Below are positions 38,263 through 50,427 of a stretch of 64,000 nucleotides of DNA, one piece after another (the first letter of the stretch is position 1; each line of letters begins with the position of its first letter). The stretch covers positions 93,064,001-93,128,000 of the forward strand of contig NC_086107.1 of NCBI RefSeq assembly GCF_963921235.1. Reading direction: 5' to 3'. The notes below the pieces were generated by a model. That model was not told the origin of the DNA. It worked only from the letters and a program-made list of their open reading frames with translations, and searched no databases. The position numbers and the translations under genes are program-made. Source of the DNA: Mobula hypostoma (lineage: Eukaryota).

Positions 38263-39365
38263 CACTCAGTGGCTACTTTATTAGATACATCCGATGCTCA
38301 CAAACTCTTCTCGGGCTTCCAGCCGAGTCCGGGTGTCGATTTTACCCGAGGTTTTGCTGACAAACTCCGTCATCTTCGTCAGGGATGATGCCTAGGCATG
38401 TCTAGTCCAGTGGTATACATACTGAATTCCCATCATCTGTCCCTCCTGATCGGTTAGTCCTGACCACAGGATTGACTTCGATGGCACAAAACTGATGTGC
38501 CACACCAATGGCTTTTCGGACCGCCTGGTGAAGGAACCGATTGGTATAAGACTAGCAAATAGGAATTTCAACAATGACAAAAGTTTCACTCTGAGTAAGA
38601 GCTGGAATATGATTTCAAACAAGATGGGGCAGTGGAAACCTGATTGGTTGAGGATGAGCCAATCAGGAGGGCCAGACGACAGGAGTTGAGTATATATATC
38701 ACCAGGCTAGACATGCTTAGGCATTGTCCCTGATGAAGATGGTGGAGATTGTCACTGAAGCCTCAGGTAAAATCGACACCTGGATCCGACTAGAAGCCCG
38801 GGAAGAGTTTATGCGTAACATGTGCCCAGAAAGTACTAGATCCTTTTTCTCAAATGATGGCTATTGCAAATATCTAATCGGCCACTAATGGCAGCAACTC
38901 AATGCATAAAAGCATGCAGATATAGTCAAGGGGTTCAGTTGTTGTTCAGACCAAACATTTGAATGGGGAAAAAATGTGATCTAAGTGACTAACCATGAAA
39001 TGATTGTTGGTGCCAGATGGGGTGGGCTGAGTATCTCAGAAACTGCTGACCTCCTGAGTTTTTCACACACAACAGTCTCTAGAGCTTACAGAGAAGGATG
39101 CAAGAAACAGAAAAAAAAATCAAGTAAGCGACCAAAAATACCTTGTTAATGAGAGAAGTCAGAGGAGAATGGTTAGTCTGGTTCAAGCTAACTCAAATAA
39201 CTGTGCATTACAACAGTGGGGTACAGAAGAGCATCTCTGAATGCACAACACATTGAACTTTGAAGTGGATGGGCTACAGCAGCAGAAGACCATGAACATA
39301 CAGAAATATACTGAGTGGCCACTTTACTACATATCTCCTGTCCCGGATAAAATGTCTACTGAGTG
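38263..39365 (+). mobile_element. Tc1-derived element, copy 2, interrupted by a Penelope element
   Basis: TA plus left TIR 38263-38291; body resumes ~38862; terminal TIR-TIR hairpin 39309-39365 followed by TA. Confidence 0.85.
38293..38848 (+). mobile_element. Penelope-like element 3' end with inverted pLTR and GIY-YIG C-terminal remnant
   Basis: Arms 38296-38461 and 38651-38814 are inverted. The centre encodes IDFDGTKL..DRLVKEPIGI..NFNNDKSFTLSKSW. Degenerate hammerhead cores (ctgatgaag/ctgacgaag) lie in both arms. Confidence 0.85.
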
Positions 39366-40799
39366 TATACTCTTGTTTTATGGGCGAGAGAAGAATGACG
39401 GTGTATCTGGTTGAAACCTATTGAATATTGAAAGGCCCAGAAAGTGTGGACATGGAGAGGATGTTTCCTATAGTGGGGGAATCTAGGACAAGAGAGCACA
39501 GTCTCAGAATACAAGGACGCCCCTTTAGATAGATAGATGGATAGATATGTTATTGATCCCAAAGGAAATTGCAGTCTCACAGTAGTATTACAAGTGCCCA
39601 GATATACACATATACAAATACTAGAAGAGAAGTAAGTAAGAAGGCAGTTGTGGAGGCCAAGTCATTGGGTATGTGTAAAGAGGTTGATAGCTTCCTGATT
39701 AGTAAGGACATCAAAGGTTGCGGGGAGAAGGCAGGAGAATGGGATTGAGAGGCATAATAAATGCTGGAATGGTGGAGCAGACACGATGGGCCAAAAGCCT
39801 AATTCTGCTCCTATCCTTATGGTCTTTATAGGTAGCTTATCTACATATCATTGTTGGCTAATGTGGCTTCAATACCCTATGTTTCAAAGCCCTCTGTATT
39901 TGTCCAATGCTTCTCTCCACCTTGTGTCTGTATTTTCCTATTCTCCTATGTTCTTTCGCTCTAATTACTAACATATATTATTATATCCCTCTGTTGCCCA
40001 TTGGATTGTCTGGCTATCTCTTGCTGTCCTCATCTTTTCATCTTGTTGCTCTTACACCTACAGGCTTACTTCAAAGACTCATGTTCTCAATATTATCATT
40101 TATTGCACAGTTTGTCTTCTTTGTACGTTGGTTGGTAGTCAATCTTTGTTTATGTATGGATTTACATAAATTCTATTGTATTGCTGTAATTTCCTGCAGG
40201 AAAATGAATCTCAAGGTAGTCTATGGAAACATATATGCATTTTGATGATAACTTTGACTTTGACTTTGAGTGTGACCACATGACCCAACATCAAGTCCTC
40301 TGTCAGTGGAGCTACATGTGATTTAGGTTGTTGAGGGTGAATGGGTGAGGGTGCTGTCAACAATGTTAAGAGCATTCATTACTTTGCTGTCCCAGTTAAA
40401 CAACTCTTCTCCAAGGCTGCTAGCCAGAATCACCTCCTTGTCTGCCAAAGTTCTCCTTCCTAACTCATCCTAGAGATATCCCAGGGCTATTCCAGTCTTC
40501 CAGGGCTGCCTGAAACTGATCCAATATGTAGAATGGATCTCTTTGGGGTGATGAGCATACCTTTGACATTGAAGCCTTTTTTTAAGTCTCTGCAACTCAC
40601 TGACTCATCTTTTCTAATATTCTCCTGGACATTTGTCGTGCATTTTGAACATCTTCCACTGTCATTTCTCTTTATCATGTCTCTATCCCCATAATGTGCT
40701 TTCCCCAGACCTTACACACACCCCAGAACTCATCTTCTAGATCTTTACTTTGGCTTTGTCTTTACTTTTTTCCAAAAGGGTGGTCGCAGTCTGAGCTAA

Positions 40800-41155
40800 C
40801 ACACACACACACACACACAAAGAGCTGAACTCAGCTGGTCTGGCAACATCCGTTGAGAAGAATAGAGAGCTAATGTTTCATGTCGAGACCCTTCTTCAGG
40901 ACTGGAAAGGAAGGGGAAGAAGCCAGAATAAGAAGCTGAGGGAGGGAGGAGTACGAGGTAGGTATTTAGTGAGCCCACCCCTCACCGCTCTCCCTCTGTG
41001 ATCTCTACTGCTTTCAGATTCTTCAACCATGTGAATCACCCATCATCTTCTAGCCCAAACACTGACTCCTTATTCCTTTCCATAGATGCTGCTTGACCTG
41101 TGGAATTCCTTCAGCATTTTGTGTGTATTACTCTGGATTTCCAGAACCTTTTGTG
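40800..41155. mobile_element. Penelope-derived mini-element, inverted pair, degenerate
   Basis: Left arm ...tttcatgtcgagacccttcttcaggactgg; right arm ccatagatgctgcttgacctg..cagcattttgtgtg. Confidence 0.7.
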
Positions 41156-41219
41156 CTTTTGGTCCTCTGGAATATCTGAGGATTCTGGAAAAGGTTATGC
41201 AAAACATATTTGGATATGT

Positions 41220-41596
41220 TGGGTGGAGGGGTGGAGGTATGTCTCTACCAAAGGAGGTGTAAGCTCTCCTTCCCTCCGCTAGCCTGCGGGTCACCTTTGG
41301 GCAAGGTGTAGCACCTGTTTAGCCCCTCTTATCAAGGTCACGTGAAGCCATTGGAGGTGGATGGCATATGAGCAGCTAGTGCATCTCACAAGTCCTGGTT
41401 ATGCGACCACTGACAGCAGGCAGACGATTCTCTGAAGAGTATCGATAATGGCTGGGGTCACCTGTTTTGTAAGGACACTGCCCAGAAGAAGGCAATGGCA
41501 AACCACTTCAGTAGAAACATCTGTCAAGAACAATCATGGACATGGAAAGCCCACGATCGCCCATGTCATAAGACGTGGCACATAATAAAGATGATA
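41220..41596 (+). mobile_element. RTE-associated SINE-like element
   Basis: Contains the RTE/Bov-A-like motif gaaggcaatggcaaaccact and ends ggcacataat..gatgat. A second copy is inverted at 62598-62988. Confidence 0.65.
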
Positions 41597-42405
41597 AAAA
41601 TTGGTTATGTATCTGATGTACCATAATCTTAATCAAGAATGTTTACGATTCCATATGAATACTGTACTTAGAACTTAAAATTGTGATCACTTACTCTCAT
41701 GTTAATTTTGTAATAACCCTTTAACCCACTGTTTATCTCACCTCATTGGGATGCCCACGTAACCCTGCCGGTTCATACAATTAACCATTCTTTATGGGAC
41801 AACAGGATAATCAAACCAAGGAAGACATCACAGACAAACCTGATCCAATTTTTCCCAGAAAGGCAATTTCTTGATGATAAGTTCAAGTCTATTATCTCAA
41901 AATATGCGGGGCTCTGTTTTGTCTTTATATCGACTCAAAATCTATCTTACATCTGACATTAATTGTGATACTGTAGCTGCACCCACAGAGTAAGAATAGG
42001 AAAGTGTGCCCCAAGCAGGTAATTAAAGTTGGTCATACTGGACATTGGAATCCAAATATCTTTATCCAAGAACTGCTTAATCTGAGGATTTGGCTATGCA
42101 TCTAGGACATGGATTCATGTCAACACTGAACTTCCAAAGTTCAAAATTTCAAAGTCAATTTATTATCAAAGTACATTTATGTCACCATATACTATCTTAC
42201 TACATTTTCCTACAGGCTCATTTGCAGCAAAATAAAGAAATGCAAAAGAATTTATGAAAAATTATACATAAAGAAATGTGCAAAGGAAGAGAAATTGTGC
42301 ACGTAATATATTTGTAAATAATGATATGAATAATATTAAATAAAATAATTGTAATATATATAATGGTTGATTTATATTTGTATATACAGTGTGTATATAT
42401 GTATA

Positions 42406-42409
<4 letters not shown>

Positions 42410-42460
<51 letters not shown>
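42410..42460. repeat. (TG)n microsatellite inside a minus-strand Rex1-type 3' UTR (~42135-42555)
   Basis: Directly visible. Confidence 0.95.
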
Positions 42461-42464
<4 letters not shown>

Positions 42465-44422
42465 AATACTAGAATATGGGTTGTAGAGTCCTTGAAAATG
42501 AGTTCATAGGCTATGGAATCAGTTCAGAGTTGAGGTGAGTGAAGTTATCCACGTTAGCTCAGATGGTTTTCCTTAACACTCCACGAATGTGTCTACCAAT
42601 TACGTCAAAAAATACTCTATGCTTATTAACCCTTCTGCTCAAAGGAAGTTTCTCTAGGCACAGAATAATTTTATATGCAGCAATTAAATCTCAAGGCCTT
42701 CACTATTTCAGATCCATATTTATTCTTTATTCAGAATGAAATCCTCCAAAGGCTGAAAATAAAGCTGCATTAATGGGTGCCCATTGCAAATACAGTATTT
42801 AATGGTTAAATATTGCTGAAAATTAAAGGATTTCACCATATATATTTGATTTGTTTTGATAAAGAAATAAGCATGTTAAAAATTTGCTGGCATTTTCTAT
42901 TTTGTGCTGTATTTTCTGGTCATCACATTTCAACGAGTTAAGGCAATTAGACTCTATGTAGAATAATACCTTAAGTCTCATCTTGTGGTCAATATGGCAT
43001 CATTTGAGTAGAACAAGGGTACTTGGATCTCACAATACTGTGGAAGTTCAGCACGTCCCCAATGTATTCGCTGGAGTTCAGGGGTTGGTGTCTCATTGAA
43101 ACCTATCGAATATTGAAAGACCTACAAAGAATGGATGTGGAGAGGATGTTTTTTATAGTTGGAAAGTCCAGAACAGAAGACGCAGCCTCAGAATCAAAAC
43201 ACATGCCTTTAGAACAGAGATGAGGAGGAATTTCTTTAGACAGAGGGTAGTGAATCAGGCGACTGCGGAGGCCGAATTATTGTGCATATTTAAAGCGGAG
43301 GTTGACAGGTTCTTGATTAATAAGGACGTCAAAGGAGTCAGGGAGAAGGCAGGAGAATGGGGTTGAGAGCAAAAATAAATCAGCCACAATGGAATGGCAA
43401 AGCAGACTTGATGGGACAAATAACCTAATTCTGCTCCTATGTCTTATGGAATACGGACCCTCATCAGCATTTACCAGTCCACCATAGAAAGCATCTTGTC
43501 CTGATGTATCCCAGCTTGGTAAGGCAACTGCTCTGCCAAGCATTTTATTAGCATCACCCAAGTGCAATAATATAAAAAGGCATGTAATTTCAACAATTTG
43601 TTATTGACCCAGGAAATGCACGTTTATTTGTGTGGATAGGGAAGAGTGGAGATTGTCTTGAAGTTGTCATTTTGTTGCTTATTGTGTTGTGTGTTCTGTT
43701 GAGCAATGTCAGCATGTTATGTTGGTGGCAGGATGTGTGGTGACACTTGCCGGCTGCCCCCAGCACGTCCTCGGGTGTGCTGGTTGTCAACACAAGCGGC
43801 CGCATTTCACCGCACGTTTCGGTGTGCGTGTGATACAATAAGTAAGCAGGTCTGAATCTGAAAATGGTAAGAATTTGCGGAGAACAACAGGAATTCTGCA
43901 GATGCTGGAAATTCATGCAACACACATCAAAGTTGCTGGTGAATGCAGCAGTATCAGAATTTATTATCATATTATCAGAATTTATTCTGATAATCTATTA
44001 TCACAATTTGTGGAGAGTTGTGAGCACAGCCCAGTCCGTCACACAGAGTGGCCTCCCCTCCATTCACTCCCCCTCTAGACTTCCTGCTGCTTGGAGAGAG
44101 CAGCTATCATAATCAAAGACCCGCCCCCACCCTAGCCTTTCTCTCTTCTCCCTCCCTCCCATTGGTTAGAAGATACAAAATCCTGAGAGCACGCACCTCC
44201 AGGCTCGAGGACAGCTTCTGTTGTCAAACTCCGCACCTCCTCTACGCTAAGTAGATCTCTTGATAGAAGAGGTGCAAGAGTTGTATCCTCTTGCGCTCCA
44301 TTCATCAACCTGTTCTGTAGCATTATATTCTGCATTCTTGTTTCCTTCCTCAATGTTTCTATGAGTGGCATGATTTGTCTGGATGGCACACAAACAAAAG
44401 ATTTACACTGATTATCTGCGTA

Positions 44423-44983
44423 CTCTCAGTGGCCACTTTATTAGAAATGTCCTGCACCAAATAAAGTGTTCCCTGAGTGTATGCTTGTGCTCTCCTGCTT
44501 CTCTGGCCCATCCACTTCAAGGTTTAACGAGTTCTGTTATTCAGAGGTGCTCTACTGCACATCACTGTTTCTAACATGTGGTTACTTGAGACACTGTGAC
44601 CTTGCTCTCAGCCTGAAGCAGTCTGGCTATTCTCCTCTGACCTCCCTCATTAACAAGGTGTTATCACCCCGAGAATTCCTGTTCACCGGATGTTGTTTTT
44701 CTTTTTGCACCATTCTCTGTAAACATGAGATGGTTGTGCATGAAAACCCCAGGAGATCAGCAGTTTTCTGAGGTACTCAAACCACCCCATCTGGCACCAT
44801 GAATCATTCCATAGTCAAAGTCACTTGATCGCATTCATTCTGATGTTTGGTCTGAACAACAACTGAACCTCTTGACCATGCCTGCATGCTTTTATGCATT
44901 GTTGCTGCCACATGATTGGTCGATTAGATGTTTGCGTTAATGAGCAGGTATACTAGTGCAGCTAATGAAGTGGCCACTGAGTG
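44423..44983 (-). mobile_element. Tc1-derived element, copy 3 (complete)
   Basis: TA-flanked; mini TIR-TIR hairpin at 44423-44479; far TIR ..taatgaagtggccactgagtg then TA. Confidence 0.88.
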
Positions 44984-45389
44984 TATGTGAGAATAACCAT
45001 CCATCTCCGACTTCGCACGTAGTGGGGTTTCTCTCCTCCCTCTTGGGTCTGCGACTGATTCTATGCCGCTGATTGACATGGTCATGCAGGGCCGAACAGC
45101 CAGTTTCCATACTGGCTTAACACCATCCTTGCCATTGCACCATACCTATCCTAGGATACTAAATATTTCTTCTGCGACCACCGATTTCTTTTGCAGAGTA
45201 ATGCACACAGTATGTTGGAGAGGAATAAACGGCTTACGTTCCATGCAGAGACCCAATTGAACTCACTGGTTCACCTGGGGGTCTTCAGACTGCAATTAGA
45301 TTGGAGACCATTCTCCAATGATGAATCTTGTTATCCAGAAAAAAACACAAATTTAAGAAAGCTTTGATTCCCTTTTTTTTTTGTGGTTA

Positions 45390-45726
45390 GCCAACCTCAG
45401 AATTAGCTTGAAGAAATTCAACATTTCATCTAAAAGCTGGGAAGACGTTGCAGTCAATACATGCACCTGGAGGAAATCCCTTCAAGGAGCAGTGCTACAT
45501 GAGAGCGACCTCCACCGCGTCGCGAAGAACAGCCGGCAGCCGTGAGAGGGGAGACGGAACGACCAAAACACTCAGCCGCTAACCACACCCACCACTTACT
45601 CGTATCCACATTGTACTAGAAGATGTGGATCCCAGATTGGCCTCTACAGCTATCTGGGGGCCCACCAATAGACGACCCCCTTTTGGAGACCATTGTACTC
45701 GACTTCAGTGATTGCACTGGCACTAT
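45390..45726 (+). mobile_element. RTE-clade LINE 3' end
   Basis: NLRISLKKFNISSKSWEDVA..WRKSLQ..YPHCTRRCGSQIGLYSYL matches the typical RTE C-terminus. Confidence 0.75.
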
Positions 45727-46694
45727 ACGTCGCAAGTTGTCAGGAGTGCAACTGTTGTGCTGTGCCACCATGCTGCAGAGGGGTGAGGAGGAGAGAGTGA
45801 TCAGAAAGACGTTCTGCTCCCGATGGCTTCACGGTGACTGTAGCAAGGATGCGCACTTCTGACAAGACGACTTTGGGAAGTCTAACCCGCTCCAATAATT
45901 TTATTGAACTCATGATCAAGTTCTATTTTATTGAACTCGTGATCAAGGCTTGAGAAATTGCATTGAAGGTCACTAACACCTGATCCCAACCTTTAGAGAA
46001 TGGGTGAGGCCACCTACCAACAGTAATAACTAAAATATATATAATCCTCGAGATTGATATGCTTAGCCACACAATATAAGGTTTAAACAGTGATTGTCAC
46101 CATATCGTTTTTGAAAGGGAGCTAGAAGTAGATCCGCTTAGAACTTCCAACGGAACTTGAATAAATATTTGAAATGGGGACGTGCAGGGATAGGATAAGG
46201 GGCCGGGATTAATTGGACAGTTCCTTGACGAAAAGTTGAATAGCCTCCTTCCGTATCTGATTCCATACACTGCAGGGCGGAACGGTGCAATGCCGCGCAA
46301 CTGTCCAAATTTCGGAATCAAACTGCCAGTCCAAGTGGTGCATGCGAGCTCCATTTCAACGTTTGTGAGAAGTTTGGATAGGTACATGGATGGGAGGGAG
46401 CATGGAGGACTATGGCCCGGGTGCAGGTCGATGGGACTAGGCCGTTTAAATTGTTCGGTACCGACTAGATGGGCCGAAGTGCACGTTTCGGTGCTGTAGT
46501 TTCCTATGACGCTATGACTCTTAAAACAATCCGGAAAGTGACGGCTTTATCTCTCAGGATGTAGAATTCGTTACGGCTCTGTAATTAATATGCGGAGAAA
46601 GTGGGGTAGGGTGGAAAAGTTCAAGGGAAGCGCATGGGGAGATGCTGGAAATGACATACTGGCACTGCTTGTGCGGTTAGTTGCCCCCATTCTG

Positions 46695-47256
46695 CACACA
46701 GTAGCCACTTTATGAGGGTCCCTCCTTTGCCTAATAAACTGATAACTGAGTTCTGCTGCTGCAGCCCATCCGCTACCAGCCTCCCGAAGTATTATGCATT
46801 CAGAGACGCTCTTCTCCACACCATTGTGGTAACGCGTGGTTACTTGAGTTAATGCCGCCTTCCTGTTAGCTTGAACCAGTCTGGCCATTCTCATCTGACC
46901 TCGCTCATTAACAAGGCGGTTTCGCCCACAGAACTGCCGCACTCTAGATGGTTTTTTTATTTGTTTGTTTGATTGATTTTCTCAGCACCCTGTAAACTCC
47001 AGAGTCCGAAGCGCATGAAAATCCCACGAGATCAGGAGTTTCTAAGATACTCAAACCAGCCCGTCTGGCACCCACAACCATTCCACTGTCAAAGTCACTT
47101 AGACCATATTTCTTCCCCATTCTGATGTTTGGTCTGAACCTCTTGACCATGTCAACATGCTTTTATGCATTGAGTTGCTGCCACATGATTGGCTAATTAG
47201 ATATCTGTATTAACGAGCAGGTGTACTGGTGTACCTAACCAAGTGGTCACTGAGTG
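46695..47256 (-). mobile_element. Tc1-derived element, copy 4 (CpG-rich)
   Basis: ORFs 46944-47150 and 46571-46942 (MGKKYGLSDFDSGMVVGARRAGLSI; LVNERGQMRMARLVQANRKA); TIR ggtgtacctaaccaagtggtcactgagtg then TA. Confidence 0.88.
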
Positions 47257-50200
47257 TATGTGTTAAAGAAGCAGAAATATTCGTACAAAGACGATCCCTC
47301 CCTGAAACACTCCTCCATGTGTCAGACAGTAAAATTCGAGTTTAGTGACGGCTGGATACCAGCTCGTATGCTTAGCACTCGGGCTTCCCTGAAAAGTAAG
47401 GTTTCAGTGAAAATGTATTTCCGAGGATCGGTGGTTAAGGGAATGCCGATAGATGGCTAGGTACGGCTTAAATGCAGAAAAACACACAGTTTTGTGAGGC
47501 CATTTTAGGTTGTGAACGGGTTACGGTGGCTCGTCCCATTGCGAGACTGAAATGTGTGCTAAAATATGGTGATATAATCTGGCAAGTTATTGCGCTTGGC
47601 GCCGTGCGTATTTACGACCCTGGACACAATCTCCACTTGACACGATAGCCGGGAACTTGTTTTCCATTCCTAAGATTCTCACTAAGTTGCGGGATTTTTG
47701 CTAAAATATTTTCCACCATGTCTCCATTTCTTCACCTTTTGTGTTCGCAGCGAGGAGAGTGGGGAGGGGGCTCGTAGAGCCCGCTGCGTACTCTCCCTCC
47801 GGGGGTAAACCCACCGTCATCCAATACTAACTCTGGAGTCGCGCCGCTGAACGAAATTCGTTGCTCTCCGCCAAGGCAAGCAAGGCTAAAACCCAGACCA
47901 CTCCACGCGGCAAAACGTTACGCAAATACCAGACACACAACCGCTATCCTGTCCGTGCACTCACGGTGATTCTTGCGTCCAACCCTGTCGCGCTCTACAA
48001 CCATCCGAGTTACCCCTCGATCACTAACCCCTAACTATTCTTCCAGATCTTCCCTTCTTCTGCTCCTCCTTCTCTGTTTAGCTCTTTTCCATCGCAAACG
48101 GAAAGTTTCGATCCTAACCCATTTGATTTTCATCTCAACTTCAATAAACTCACTGACCTGGTCCCAAAAGTTCCGTGAGAATAAGTCCTTTAAGCACCAT
48201 TTTGCGTCAAAGCTAAAATTGTATGTTTTAAGTCAACCTGACAACCCTCTACAAATATAATCATTCTGGGTGGTTTTAAATATTATGTAAATGTTAGATC
48301 TATCGAATGATTTTTTAATTTAATGAGGGAGGGACGGAATCTCATTGAAACCTATCGAATGTTGAAAGGTCTAGATGGAGTGGCCGTGGAGAGAGAGGAT
48401 GTCCCCTAGAGTGGGGGGGGGGGGTCTAGGATCAGAGTGCACGTCCCTCAGAATAGAGAGGCGCCCCTTTAGGATAAAGAGAGGGAGGAACTTTTTTTTT
48501 AGCCTGAAGGTGGTGAATCTGTGGAATTCATTGCCACAGACGGCCGTGAAGGCCAAGTCATTGGGTATATTTAAGACGGAGGTTGATAGTTCTTGATTAG
48601 TAAAGGCGTCAAAGGTTACGGGGAGAAGGCAGGAGAATGGGATTGAGAGGGATAATAAATCAGCCATGATGGAATGGTGGAGCAGACTCGATTAGCCGAA
48701 TGGCCTAATTCTGTTTCTACGTACTCTGGTCTTAATTGTTCTTTATATTTCTAATTGTTATTTTTGGGTTGCCGAGGCAGAGGCAAAAATTGTGTTTTAG
48801 ATTTCAACAGTTTGCATTAGTCCGTTCGGTGGTTAAATGCTGGTGTAACAAAAATGCAATGTGAGTGGCGGCAGAAATAGGTTTCAGACCCCTTTTATCT
48901 GCTCCATCCGAGCCAGTCACAGTACGCGGACCCCAAACACAGCTTTTTAACAGGGGGTTGGGAGTGGGGTGTGTGAACAACTTTCTTCAGTCTGGTGGCT
49001 GAGGGTGTTTCCCCCGTAGTTTAGGATCTGAGATTGTGGCGCAGAGCGGCGCAGCCTCTGAAATATTCCTAAAACTTTCTGACTTTCTGAAACTCGATGT
49101 TTCCCAAAAAATTAAAAGGATGCAGATAAATAGCTTTTTTTTTGTTGTTATTTGACCCTGCGTGCACTATGAGAAATACAAGTTAACACAGTTTCTGACA
49201 CAACTAGCACAGTGACACACCCATAAATGCTCACAACTGGAGACATGTGTCATTAATGCATCAAACCATCCACCCAAGGATATTTTACACAGCCACGTAC
49301 CAGTACGAGCATCATGTCACATCAACACACTGATTCACAGTAGCTCACATGCGTAAAGACATGATCCCACACAAGGTGGCAAATATGAACAACTACTAAA
49401 AGAGTGACAAACACTCAAACATAAACACGCTAGGACAGTGATTCACAAATGTCAATTCACTAACATGCGCTCGTGCGCGCACGCACACTTAAACTTTGTT
49501 CATGTCACACATATACACGCGCGCGCGCGTTGCTGTGCACAACTCAACTAAGTTTAACTCATTAAGCAGTGCGACAAACGCGGAAAAACACAACTAATAT
49601 TAGTGCAAACGTATGATTTGTTCAGAAGCACACACAACTGTGCAAAGTTCCAGGCATACAAACACACGAGTAGACAGTGCAAGACACAGACGCCAGTTGG
49701 AAACGCGAGATCGACCAAGTACACAAACCCTCTGACGTTCACAACCTGTGCACTGTTGTGCACACAAACACACACACACACACACACACACTCGTGCACA
49801 CGAATGCACATGCTGAGTGGCGCGCACAATGACACGCGTGAATACAGAAGGACTGACACGCGCGTTTGTATACACGGAGGAAAGAAGCGTCCAGACTGAC
49901 ATCTCAGAAATGTACATCCAGTAGTGAGTACTACAAAGGGTTAAATTCACACTTGCAACGCACAAACATACCAATGCAAAGAAGAAACCACTAACGCACT
50001 AATACCGCGCACAGTATCTCTCCTACACTTGCCTGGTGTAGAGGTAACTCGTTATCTGTCGAAAACAAGTTGCCTCATATGATCTCGCTCCTGCACACCG
50101 TTCCCTAGATGGTGAGTGGGGAAACTAACCCCGCCATTTTATAGTCTTCCCAAAAAACATCAATCTTCCTCTGTAATCTGAAAGCAGTAAGTAAAAACAA

Positions 50201-50341
50201 GGGGGTGAGAGAGAAGAGTGAACTGGACGGGGGAGAGATAGAAGGCGTGAGTCTTAACACAGACATTAGGATAAATTGAAGTCAGGTTACAGAGTGATGT
50301 GTAAGGGAGAAAGAAAGACAACGACTGCCAGGCATAGATAT

Positions 50342-50353
50342 GGGGGGGGGGGG

Positions 50354-50422
<69 letters not shown>
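50342..50422. repeat. Poly-G followed by (GA)n microsatellite
   Basis: Directly visible. Confidence 0.95.

Positions 50423-50427
<5 letters not shown>

Noticed and set aside
44470..44483. Similarity to miR-670-5p (tccctgagtgtatg), a neighbour of mir-129-2 in mammals
   Set aside because: It lies in the Tc1 TIR plus TA, and no matching 3p arm is present.
45231..45300. Possible small minus-strand exon (cag|..|gtaagc)
   Set aside because: Weak polypyrimidine tract, no recognisable peptide and no partner exons.
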